Source: Podospora anserina
Lineage: Eukaryota
Reading direction: 5' to 3'
Assembly: GCA_017654855.1 (NCBI GenBank)
Contig: CM030333.1
Location: 3,286,001 to 3,350,000, forward strand
Length of the DNA: 64,000 nt
Position 1 is the first letter of the stretch. Each line of letters starts with the position of its first letter. This document shows positions 26,530-38,100 of this stretch, in pieces. The position numbers and the translations under genes were made by a program. The notes under the pieces were generated by a model that made no database searches, had not been told where the DNA came from, and saw nothing but the letters and a program-made list of their open reading frames with translations.

Positions 26530-27881
26530 ATGGCGTTGACCGCTCAAGTACACTTCTTGGTGAGTGGATTCATCCATGGCAGAGGTCCGTGAACCATGAC
26601 TGATTATCTTGATAGGATGGCACCTTGAGTCTCATCCACATCCCCTTGAGCCTCTACCCTACCTTACTCCAGCCCATACTCCGACTCCTCCTTCCACAAA
26701 GCCGTGGCTCACCACCCGATCTGAACCTTGACAGCCTCACCCTGGACAGCAGTCAACATGGCTTCCTCAACATCAGCGTCACCCCTCTCGAGTGCTCCAT
26801 AGTCTGCCACTCCTCCTGGGCCAAAACAATCTTTGAACCAGCCATCAAGCAACTACCCCACGACGCGGCCAAAACAGTCATCATCTCCAAAGATGACTAC
26901 GTCGTCTTCTCCGTCATCAGCGTCGGGATGGACGCCGGGTCTCGAGTAGCGGATCTCACCTCCCCCTTGGCCCTAGCCAACATCCCCCTCTTTTTCATCA
27001 CGACCTATTACTCTGACTTCATCCTCGTCCCAGTCAAAGACAGGCAGGCGGTCGAGAAGACGTTGCTATCACGGGGGTTTGTCTTTTCGGAAGACAATGA
27101 TGACAACTTCCCTTTTACATCCCCTTACAGCACCAACCACGGCAGGGGGGCGAGTCAAGGCAGCAGCTTGAACGAACTCCCCACCACGGCCCGACAACAA
27201 CCACCACCACCGTCCGCGATCCCGGAGCTCCAAGAGAGGACGTTTGACAATCTCAAAAAGAGGAACGTGGTCCCTTATGTCGAGCAGGGTCTGCTGCTGG
27301 TGCAGTGCTCGGGCAGGCAGGAGAATAACATGATAGGGGGTTACTCGGAACGGCCGTCTACCTTTCAGACTAACGGGCATGGGAGCCGCAACCGGCATTC
27401 TGCGCACAAGCCGTGCTGGGCCGATACGGTTGATACTAAGCTTTATACTGGACTGGTGTCGGCTTTGGTGTCCCAGCCGAGGTTTTTCAGTATCACACTG
27501 GCGCAGGACGATCCGCCTTCGTTGCTGCTGGATAGGGAGTTGGTGGGGATTTTTGGGGATAGTCTTGTTGGGGCGACGACGGAGGGGGGGGTTTCGCTTG
27601 TGCCGATTTTTCTGGACTTGAGCAGTCTGCCTATCGAGGCGACGGGGATTGTGAGCGGGGTGGCGGGGACGTTGGTGAAGGAGCTGAAGGAGCAGTACGG
27701 GGTGGTGGCGGAGGAGGAGGATGGGGGTGGTGGGAGGAGGGGGAGGGGGAGTGCGCAGGAGGAGGAGCTGGAGTTGAGTTTTTTGAGCACGGTGAGGGCG
27801 GGGGCGGTGATTTTGGGGGAGGAGGTTAGTATTAGGGCGATGGAGGCTTTGAGGAGGGTTCTGGTGAGGGAGGGGAAGTGA
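26530..27881 (+). CDS. CASTOR/GATS-like tandem ACT-domain protein; exons 26530-26559, 26616-27881
   Basis: GFLNISVTPLECSIV, LTSPLALANIPLFFITTYYSDFILVP, RFFSITL, TGIVSGVAGTL..LSFLST resemble CASTOR ACT repeats; intron GTGAGT..CTGAT..TAG in frame. Confidence 0.8.
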
Positions 27882-28186
27882 TTGGGGGGGTTGAAAAGAG
27901 AAGGGGAAAAAAAAAAGATCAAAAAGGGACAAGGTATGGGGATTATATACAAGGCATAGGTTGTGTGTGCGTTCATATCAAAAGTTCACCACTTCATCTC
28001 GTATTACAAAGTTTCAAATATGGGTATCCTTCCAACTGATGACTGTCGCATCCTGTCCGTGACTTCCAATCACTTGAACCGATGGCATCTTTCGCACCCC
28101 TCCTGCTAGTGTCATACCCAGCCCCCTCAAACCTTCCTATCCAAATCCATTCCTTCCTCCTCCCCTTACCCAAACCCACATCGGTG

Positions 28187-29025
28187 TCACCTCCCCTTCT
28201 TCCTCCCCCCCTCCTTCTCCTCAGTCACCAATCCAGCCCTGACAAACCCATCCCTAGCAGCCATATTAATCAACGCGAACCGCCTCGGCCCCAGCTTCTG
28301 CCCTCCATACCACCGCGTCACCACCACCATGACATCCCACAAGTCCATAACCTGCATCAGGTGAAGCAGCCTCCCTCCCGCGGCCGTCTCCCCGTCGTCG
28401 TCACAATCTTGATAACTCGTCCCGTTTTCGCCTCTGATCCGCCAAGCAGTGATATTATGTGTCGCCGACCTCACTTTTTTGTCTGTTGCCAGCAGGTGCG
28501 CGAGATAGCCTTTTGCTTGGGAGACGGATGTTACCGGGCAGGTGCGGGCTAGGAAGGTTGACTTAAGCTCGGTGAAGGGGGCGCTTAAGATCCAAGGAGG
28601 TGGGGGGAGGGAGGTTTCGGGTTGGGATTGGGGGGGTGGGGAGGGGGAGGGGAGGGTGATGGGACTGGGGAGGTGGCCAAAGTGAGGAGGTCGTTGAAGG
28701 ATTCGATTGCGTCAAAGAGGCAGACTTGGCCTGGAGTGTGGACTTGGGTGATTGCGTCCCTGAAGAGGGAGAGGTCGCGGGCTGCGGTGCCTTTTGGGAG
28801 GGCTGGGTTGGAGGAGTGGGTTGAGAGGGTTGATGGGGGGACGTCGGGGTAGGAAGGGGGGAATTGGATGAGGAGGGAGGAGGATGGGGGGGAGGAAGGG
28901 TCCAGGGGGGGTAGGGTGAGGATGTAAATTGAGGAGGTGGGGGGGTCGGTGGGGGAGGGGAGGAGGGTTGAGTCGCCGTAGATGGAGTTTAGGGCTGCGA
29001 TTTCGTCTTGGAGGGCTTCGTTCAT
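28187..29025 (-). CDS. YIH1: IMPACT/Yih1 family protein (RWD + UPF0029 domain), interrupted by a 1-nt frameshift near 28630-28660
   Basis: RWD start MNEALQDEIAALNSIY and FPPSYP; C-terminal KSTFLAR, ATHNITAWR, QDCDDDGETAAGGRLL, VVVTRWYGG lie in a different frame, with no usable intron between. Confidence 0.85.
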
Positions 29026-30119
29026 TGTTTGTTGTGGTTTCGGGCGTTGATGAGGGTTTGTCGGGAGATGTGGTGAGGATTGAGGCGAGAGAATGTGTTG
29101 GAGGTGTGCGGGATGGTGAGGAGTGGCGTTTGTATAAGTGGTGAGTTGTGAAAATGAGAGGTGGTTGAAATTCGGGTGAGGCCCACGGGTGAGTTGAATA
29201 AGTGGGACCGGGGTCATGTCGGCTCGGGCCGATGCATCGATGCTGAGGACTCGACAACGAGACATCTCACAAAGCGATAGGTACAATTACCATTATAGTT
29301 TTATTTCTGTTACTGGTCATATCTGGGTCACTTGTGAGCTTTATCTCTCGTTAATGGCACGAAAGTCTGTCTACTTGGTATGTCATGTTCTTACAGTTAA
29401 AGACATCACAGCCAACCCAGCTCAGTGAGTCTCTCTCAAGTCCGCAATGGGGAACAGTTTCTTGGGAGGAATATAGGTCTAATAAGTCCCCTCTGAAACT
29501 ATGATCTATTTCTCACTTTCATTCTACCTCTCACCCGACACCAACGCTTTGTCAAGAATCACCTGACTCATCCCCATCGGTTTGGCTCTCAATCAGCTTC
29601 CTCCCCTAAATATTGGGCATCCCTCAATGAGGCATTGCTTGCAGTGACATCCAGAGGCAAACTCCCAACACAAACCCTTTCTTGCCTTCTTTGATACCAC
29701 AGTTTGGCTAGGTGAGTCTTCTTGTCTCTCGTTCTTGGCGGCGCCTACACGCTCTGACACTGAACAATCATCGGCAGTCAGGCAAAAAAAAGTTGGGTAA
29801 AAGGAGAACAATCTCCATCTCTTCAAATTTATATCCTCTCTTTTCTCATTCCATCAACACATCGAAACAAAAGACAGCTTCCGAAATAGGCAGTCAAGTT
29901 GCAAGTCTAGCGCAAGTGTTAGTGTAACCCCTCCTCCCCCTGCCCCCCCCACCTTTCCATCTTGCCGCGACATCCCCGGCCTTTATGAACAAGATATGAA
30001 CTGAGCCCAACTGACCTTGATAAACAGATTTAACAGTTTACAGCCAACAGAGAAGATATTTTCACCAACAGAGAGTCAAATACTCAAGATTCCAAATAAA
30101 GCAAAACAAAAACAAAAAA

Positions 30120-30744
30120 ATGGTCACCCTAGAGGATATTCAACCCAGCGTCCAAGCCGACGAGGGGACTCACACGGCCTTCTTTTACGGCAAGCATCTC
30201 ACCCCCCTTTTTTCCCACTTACAATTTCATACTAAGCAGAAAACAAATAGGCACCCTCATGGTCCCAGACGTCTTCTACACCGTCTGCTACAACCAATCC
30301 AACGTCCCCCCCGAGATCAAAGCCCTCCACACCTTCACCCCCGCCATCCTCCCCGGCTACATCCGCCGCCGCGTTCGAGGCGCCGACTACCCCGGCATCA
30401 CCCCGGACAAAGACCACAAAGTCTTTGGCATGTACGCCTCCGGCCTCACAAACGCCAACATGAACAAGCTGGACATTTTTGAGGGGGGACAGTACGTGAG
30501 GAAAACGGTCGAGGTGAAGTTGCTGGAGAAGGTGGGGGATGTGAAGGGGGAGGGGAACGTGGAAGGAGAGACGAAAAAGGCAGAGGTGTATGTTTTCCAT
30601 CCGGATCACGAGGATGAGCTGGAGGATAGGGAGTGGGATTTGGAGGAGTTTAGACGGGAGAAGATGCAGAGGTGGACGAGGGCGGGGTATGTTTTTGATG
30701 GGTGTGATCCCAATGAACCGGCAAAGGTGGAGGCTGCTGTGTAA
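30120..30744 (+). CDS. Gamma-glutamylcyclotransferase / AIG2-like protein; exons 30120-30189, 30251-30744
   Basis: Splicing creates AFFYGTLM; also PAILPGYIRRRV, DYPGI, LDIFEG, EWDLEEF. Requires a GC-AG intron. Confidence 0.85.
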
Positions 30745-32695
30745 GGCATGGCCGGCCGGCAGGAGAGGGAGCCGTGATGGTTCGGTGTATGGAATTTGGG
30801 TCGCGAGTCAGGTGAGAGGAGGAGACAGCGATAATGTGGCTTTGAGTTCTGGTTACGAGATCAGCGAGGTCCCCGTCAGCGAATGTGGATTGATCTGTCA
30901 TCTTTAGATAGAGAATGAGAAAGATGAAACATCTGGGTTGTGTGTGTACACTGTGGCCTGCGGCGATGGCGGCCGTTGGATGTTTTATGACTAAACTTGG
31001 GGTCGACGGAAGAGCGGTCTGCGCCACAGGTGCAAGTTGCTTTAATGCGATGACTTCCACCCGGGTTGTACGAGAACTCGAGTCAACTTGCCGAACTGCT
31101 GCATCGTGGACGACTTGGCGGTTTGTTTAAGAATACAGTAACGGCCCGTGGTCACGCTTGAGGAGGGCGGCAAGACCGGTAACTATGCCCAATTGGTGAT
31201 ATATCCATGGTGTTCATACTCTTGTGGTGGTGTTGTTACTCTTGCAGTGAGGAACTCGGGTCTTTTCGAATACAAAAGTGAACATTAAGCTCTCCAGAGT
31301 TCTAAAGAGATGTCAGGTCTCACAGATGAATTGATTCCAAACCGTGTGAGAAAATCCAGCCCCCAACCTGGCGTTGGGAAACGACCAGACAAGACAAAAG
31401 GTGAGGGATGGGTAGTAGGGGTCAGTTCAACGGTTTTATGCCCCAACAAAGAAACAAAAGTCCATGCCGACCGTTTATATCAGAATTTACCTACTCGCAA
31501 ATCCCATCAAGTGAGCTTCGAATTACATGCAAGTGAACAAAGCAGGTGCCAAAATTGTAGGTAGATGCTCCAAAGCAACAGCCCAACCAGCTGAGGCTAA
31601 TGATCCGTCACAGGGGTTGTTGGCCCTAAACCCCACTGAAGGAACGCTAAGAACCAAATCCTGCGGGAGATGACGCAGCTAGCGCAGATCATTTCAGAAC
31701 ATCCAACGTGCGTGGGGCTGGTTGCATCTTTTTGATCGTTGGTGATGGAACCTCATCAATCTTCAATCCTTGTTCCAACAAAGGAACTGGCATCATATTA
31801 TGTGTGGTACATTGACGAGCCCAACGGGATCATGGCCAACAATCACAACAGTCTAGGCAACTCTTCCACCTCTGCCATGACCAACTATCACCACTTAACC
31901 ATTGAGACCGTCTGAACTTGTCATCTGACCTGCTCAACAGCTCGGGAAGCTGGCGGCACACTTCGGATCCGCAGATCGATGCTGAGGTTCGGCTGGCTCC
32001 GTCCCTGGTCGACGGCAGGCCGAAGCCTCTCCCGCAGACTCTCCTCTTGCACAAGTGCGCCACGATAGCGGGTCGCGAGACCCCAGAACATACCCTTTCA
32101 TGGACCTCACTCAGCCCGCCGTGCCGCGTTTGCCGCAGGACAACATCAACATCCTCTGACGCCGGAAATACGGATCTGTCATGGAGGAACAGACTGCAGA
32201 GCGACTGATTCCGTACCCAGCCATTGACTTTCTAGGCCGTCGACCCAGCAAGGCCTCTTGTGACCTGATATTCCGGGGGATTGTATGATGTCTGTGGGGA
32301 CTACGGTGTTGAACCTGGGATGCAGCCGGCTGGACCCTGAACGGTCAGCCCTACTACCAGGTCTTCAAACATACCCCACCAGGAGAGACCACAATGGGAA
32401 CCACTCAGCTTCGTTGTTAGTCGGCCGGTACACCCTGCTCCATTACCGGATAGGCGCAAGCTGCGACAAGACGTGCTGGGTCATCATGGGCGGCGCCGTG
32501 CCAGCCCGGGCGGGATATGCCAAGGTCGGCGGGAATCCCATGCTCTGCTGCGAAGGCCTCTTTGCGTCGGCCCTTGTTTTGGTCCTGTCTATCAGAGGCA
32601 CCTACCTGGCTTCGCCCTTTGTGTCCCCACACGGACGACATGCTGTTCTCAGTGCCGCTGTTTGTAGACATGAGAGATGAGCTGGGACGGGAGGA

Positions 32696-32700
32696 TATAA
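32696..32700 (+). promoter_or_regulatory. TATA box upstream of the LPMO gene
   Basis: TATAA (GATATAAG) ~270 nt upstream of the ATG, followed by a pyrimidine-rich leader. Confidence 0.5.
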
Positions 32701-32968
32701 GGAGCAGGTAACCTCCAGGTTCGGAGTTTTTGGTTCCTCATCCTCACACTCACATCAACCACTCCAGTCTTTCCTTCAAGACCCACCTTCCTTTCTAATT
32801 GCCTGGTGCAATCATCTTACTCTCACACTCCTTTGAGATACCATCTTCATTCCTTTCTAGGACCAAGTTTCGTTGACCGCACTTGTCCTGTCATTCCTTG
32901 TTTGGATACTCTAGTATCAGCCAGCTCTGCGCTACCAACCCAGCACCACACCGATACCAACCATCAAA

Positions 32969-33715
32969 ATGTTCTTCACCAAGTCTGTCCTTGCCGTCGG
33001 TGGCCTTGCCACTCTTTCCCAGGCTCACATGCTCCTCCGAACCCCCGTCCCCTACACCAGCCCTGCTCTTGTCCAGGATCCTCTCGACCCTACGGGCGCC
33101 AACTTCCCCTGCCAGGCCCGCGCCGGTGCCCAGTTCGTCGGTACCGCTACCCCCATGGAGAAGGGGTCGACTCAGATCATGGCCTTCACCGGCTCTGCTG
33201 TCCACGGTGGTGGCTCTTGCCAGGTTTCCATCACCTATGACAACCCGCCCACCGCCGCCTCTGTCTGGAAGGTCCTCCACTCGATCCAGGGTGGCTGCCC
33301 TGCCCGCAACCAAGCTGGCAACATTCTTCCCGACAACGCTGCGCTCGAGGGTGTGGACAACTACGAATACACCATCCCCGCTGACATCCCAACGGGCAAC
33401 GCCACCATTGCTTGGACCTGGGTCAACAAGGTCGGCAACCGTGAGTTCTACATGAACTGCGCCCCTGTCAGCATCGAGGGTCCCGAGGGCAGCGAAGATG
33501 CTCTTGCTGCTCTCCCCGACATGTTCACGGCCAACATTGGTGGCGACTGCACCACTGTCGGAGCCGATAGCAAGGATATCCTGTTCCCCAACCCTGGCAG
33601 CTCCGTTGAGACCAACGGCGATGTGTCTGCCATGGTTCCCCCTACTGGCAACTGCGGTGGTGGTGCTGCTGCTCGCGCCGTCCGTGGTCGTCGCGCTGCC
33701 AAGTTCGCTGCTTGA
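32969..33715 (+). CDS. Secreted lytic polysaccharide monooxygenase, AA11 family
   Basis: Signal peptide ending SQA followed by His1 (HMLL); NFPC, GSAVHGGGSCQVS, GGCP, WTWVNKVGNREFYMNCA; no obvious C-terminal binding module. Confidence 0.88.
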   Translation: MFFTKSVLAVGGLATLSQAHMLLRTPVPYTSPALVQDPLDPTGANFPCQARAGAQFVGTATPMEKGSTQIMAFTGSAVHGGGSCQVSITYDNPPTAASVWKVLHSIQGGCPARNQAGNILPDNAALEGVDNYEYTIPADIPTGNATIAWTWVNKVGNREFYMNCAPVSIEGPEGSEDALAALPDMFTANIGGDCTTVGADSKDILFPNPGSSVETNGDVSAMVPPTGNCGGGAAARAVRGRRAAKFAA

Positions 33716-33849
33716 GCAACTCGCATAGTTATCTTGCTAGGCAGTTCTTGGTAGCTGCGGCCGTTCGTTTCTCACATATCAGTTTCAGTACCATTCATAA
33801 GGGGTTCAGTCGTTTCAGCATTGTCAGGGGCGCATATTCGTTGCATACA

Positions 33850-33888
33850 TCAGCATCAGCATCAGCATCAGCATCATCAGCATCAGCA
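33850..33888. repeat. Imperfect (CAGCAT)n hexanucleotide repeat downstream of the LPMO stop
   Basis: About six CAGCAT units with one CAT insertion. Confidence 0.85.
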
Positions 33889-35178
33889 CGGGGTTACGGG
33901 AGTTTACACCCCTAGCATTCATTTACAAAGCATTTGGGAAAGAGATCAAATCATGATTTATACGACAATCGTTCACGACACAACACAATCATTCAAGGCC
34001 ACAAATTCGCTACTGTTCGAAAGACACGCTCGCTACGAATCATCTTTCAGTACATTCGCTTACACACACGGCGGTGTCACACATTGATACCAGACACTCA
34101 CTTGGACATACATACATATTACGAAGAACATTTTCACGAAGACTATAGACAATCGTTTTTGCATTATTGGATTGGTATGGGATAAGGTTAACTATCTTGG
34201 CTGGTGGTAATAATGGGTAATAAGGCCTAGCTTCTGCTAGTTTCCATTCATTCTTGTTTATGAGGGTTGAGAACCAGAAAACTACTAGAGTGGTTGATGG
34301 CGAGGACCAAAACATTCCTTTAAGAGAAATAGTAATATACACTACACAATTATTATATTGTAATGACAAGATCCTGTTGAAGCATTTATGGTTGTTGACT
34401 ACCTGGGCTCCGGAGTTGCCAAGTCAGGTCAAAGTGATATCATTCCAATATGTCCCGGGATGATCCAAGACTTTGGGGAAGGTGACTGCGGGGGACTGTG
34501 CTTAATCGATAAGATAAGATCTCCCAGTGCCACGGTACGTACCTGCCCCACTAGTCATGAGGCTTGGCATGGGGCAAACAGCCACTCAGCTTCTAGAACG
34601 CCCCTCCATATTCTCCGGAAGATTGATGGTGCGGAGCCTAGCGTACTTTGATTTCGCGGCCGCATCCCCCAGCTTCGCGACGGCCTGGGATTTTTCGATT
34701 GACACGCGCAGCAGCAGGAAGCGTGGAGCGCAGCCTTCCATCAGTTAATTCACTTGTCACTTTCTGACTTTCAAGATACCCCTTCCTTCGTCTTAAACTT
34801 TACACTTCCCACCCAACGCCGGGAATACTTTTTAATAGTCACGACCCCTCCGCCTCTGCAGAGATTTCACAAAGTCTAGTAGTTTGCGGCTGTTTATTAA
34901 TTTCACTGCGCTGATGGAGATGCAAAAGTGAGTCTTCTCAAATGCGACAAACTTGAAGCTTCCCAGAGCTTCTTCCAGTTCGACCATCAGGCGCCTCACC
35001 CACAACCAACCCACACACCTAAACGAGGTTGCTCCTACCCATCGCACAGCGGAGGACTAATCGCCCGCATAGATAGTTAACAGCCGTCAATATCAAACTT
35101 CAATTACTATTATCGACCGTGCTGCGCATTGACCGGGTTGTCGACTTGTGACCTGCCGAGGAGGTGAATGTCGCAGCC

Positions 35179-38100
35179 ATGGCGAGCGGGACCTTCGAAG
35201 ACATTGTGCGGAAGCTCAGTGTCCCTGACATCGGTAAGGCTGCCTACTTATCATGCCGTTGCATTGGTGCAGTCCAAGCTGACCTGAGCGTGTTTGGCAG
35301 AGCTTCGGGTCAAGGTCGAAGCAGCAACGGCCCTGCGCGACCAGCTCGAACACTATACCACTGGCCAGGTCTACCCGAATTTCCTGAAGCGATTGATGCC
35401 CGCCTTCATCATCATTCTCCGATCACCATGCATCTTCCAAGCGAACACGCCTGAGCAGGCGAACGCCCAGAGACTGCGCAACTGCGTGCTAGAAATCCTC
35501 CACCGTCTTCCGACCCAGCCGTCACCACCCGAGCCCTTCGCGCCGTATGCCGAAGAAGTCGTCGATCTCTTAATGACCCTGGTCCGAACCGATAACGAGG
35601 ACAATGCCATAATATGCATCAAGACCATCTCGGATATCATGCGCCATCAACATGCGGTGCTCGGTTCAAAAGTACAGACCTTCCTGAGCTTGATCCAGGA
35701 TCTGTTTGAGCAATTGGATAGAGTGGTGAGGGAACAGATCGACAACACGTCGTCTACCGGTCCACCAGGTGCACCGTCTACCCCCGGTAGTACGCAGGCT
35801 GCCTTTCCGCCGCATCAACAGTCGCCGAGACCAGGATCTCCAGTCGCTACTGGTGGTCCTCCCGATTTCAATGCCGATGCTAATCAGCAGTCCAACAGGC
35901 CGCTACTCAAGGGCATGCAATCTTTCAAAGTCCTGTCCGAATGTCCCATTATTGTTGTGTCGATATTCCAGGTCTACAGGAACACGGTTGCGCAAAACGT
36001 CAAGGCCTTTGTACCCTTGATCAAGTCTGCCCTGAGCTGCCAAGCGAAAGCTCAGGATCAAGCACACAAAGATGCCGCGGCGCGAGGGACCATCCACACA
36101 GGTGTCAGCCCAAACATTAAGAATCGGGCCGCCTTTGGAGACTTCATCACCGCCCAGGTGAAGACCATGAGTTTTCTGGCCTACCTGCTGAGACAGTACT
36201 CGCAACAACTCACAGACTTTCTGCCCTCTCTACCAGACATCGTCGTTCGCCTGCTCAAGGACTGTCCGAGGGAAAAGTCTAGCGCGCGGAAAGAATTGCT
36301 GGTGGCCATCCGGCACATTATCAACTTCAATTTCCGGAAAATCTTCCTGCCCAAGATCGACGAATTGTTGGAAGAGCGAACGCTGATTGGAGATGGCCTT
36401 ACTGTCCATGAGACCATGAGACCTCTAGCGTACAGTATGCTGGCTGACCTTATCCATCACGTTCGAGAGAGCCTCACGCCAGAACAAATCCGCAAGACAG
36501 TGGAAGTGTACACTCGCAATCTGCAGGATAATTTCCCGGGCACCAGCTTCCAGACCATGAGCGCGAAGCTTCTCCTCAACATGGCTGAGTGTATAGCACG
36601 CTTGCCAAACAAGGTGGACGCGAGGCATTATCTCATCATGATTCTGAACGCCATCGGCGACAAGTTCGCTGCCATGAACAGGCAATATCACAATGCGGTC
36701 AAGTTGTCCAAGCTATACGCCCTGCAAACGGCTGGCCTCTTTCCCGAGACATATTTGGCCGACAAGAAGCACCCGCCAGAGTGGGACGAAATCGACATTT
36801 TCACTGCGATGCCCATTAAGACAACAAACCCTCGCGACAGGGCTGCGGATCCGGTGGTCGACAACAAATTTCTGTTCAAGAACCTGATGAACGGGCTCAA
36901 GAATACCGTCTACCAGCTGAAGAGTTGCAATCCACAGGGCAGTGTTGACTTGACAGGTGCCCCTCATCCATGGGCAGAAGTTGCCCATGGATTTACTGCC
37001 GAGGAGGTCAAGGTCATTATCAAGCTGTTCCGCGAAGGCGCCTACGTTTTCAGATACTACGAAATCGAGAAGCCGGTCACCGAGTCGCTGTACAGCTCCC
37101 CAGTAGAGTTCATGGCGAATTTCTACATGGTTTCTAGTGGAAAGGAGGAAAAGGACCTCTTGGAGACTTTTGCGACGGTTTTCCACTGCATTGATGCCGC
37201 TACTTTCCACGAGGTTTTCCAACAGGAAATTCCACGACTTTATGAAATGATGCACGAGCACACGGCGCTCCTGCACATTCCCCAGTTCTTCCTGGCCAGC
37301 GAGGCCACTTCCCCAAGCTTCTGCGGCATGCTTCTGCGCTTTCTTATGGAGCGGATCGAAGATGTTGGCTCGGCCGACATCAAGAAGTCGGCCATTCTTC
37401 TGCGACTCTTCAAACTGGCCTTCATGGCGGTTACCCTGTTCGCCTCGTCCAACGAGCAGGTTCTGCTACCTCATGTGGTGGATATCGTGACCAAGTCCAT
37501 TGAGCTGTCGACCAAGGCGGAGGAACCGATGAATTATTTCTTCCTGCTTCGCTCCTTGTTCAGAAGCATTGGAGGTGGCAAATTCGAGCATCTCTACAAG
37601 CAGATATTGCCGCTGTTGGAAATGCTGCTGGATGTGCTGAACAACCTCCTGCTGGCTGCCCGCAAGCCATCCGAGCGCGATCTCTACGTCGAGCTTTGTC
37701 TTACGGTGCCCGCAAGGCTGAGCAACCTCCTACCTCACTTGAGTTACCTGATGCGCCCTCTGGTAGTAGCGCTTCGGGCAGGTACAGACTTGGTGGGACA
37801 AGGTCTTCGGACACTGGAGCTCTGCGTTGACAACCTCACGGCTGACTACCTAGATCCCATTATGGCACCCGTTATCGATGATCTCATGACCGCCTTGTTT
37901 GATCACCTCAAGCCGCACCCTTACAGTCACTTCCACGCCCACACCACGCTGAGAATTCTCGGAAAGCTTGGAGGTCGCAACAGGAAGTTCATGACCGACG
38001 CGCTGCCTGTGACGTTTGAGCAATACGTCGATGATCGTGCCAGCTTTGACGTGAGATTGATTGGGTCGAAGAGAGACAGAGCTTTCCCAGCCCATCTCGG

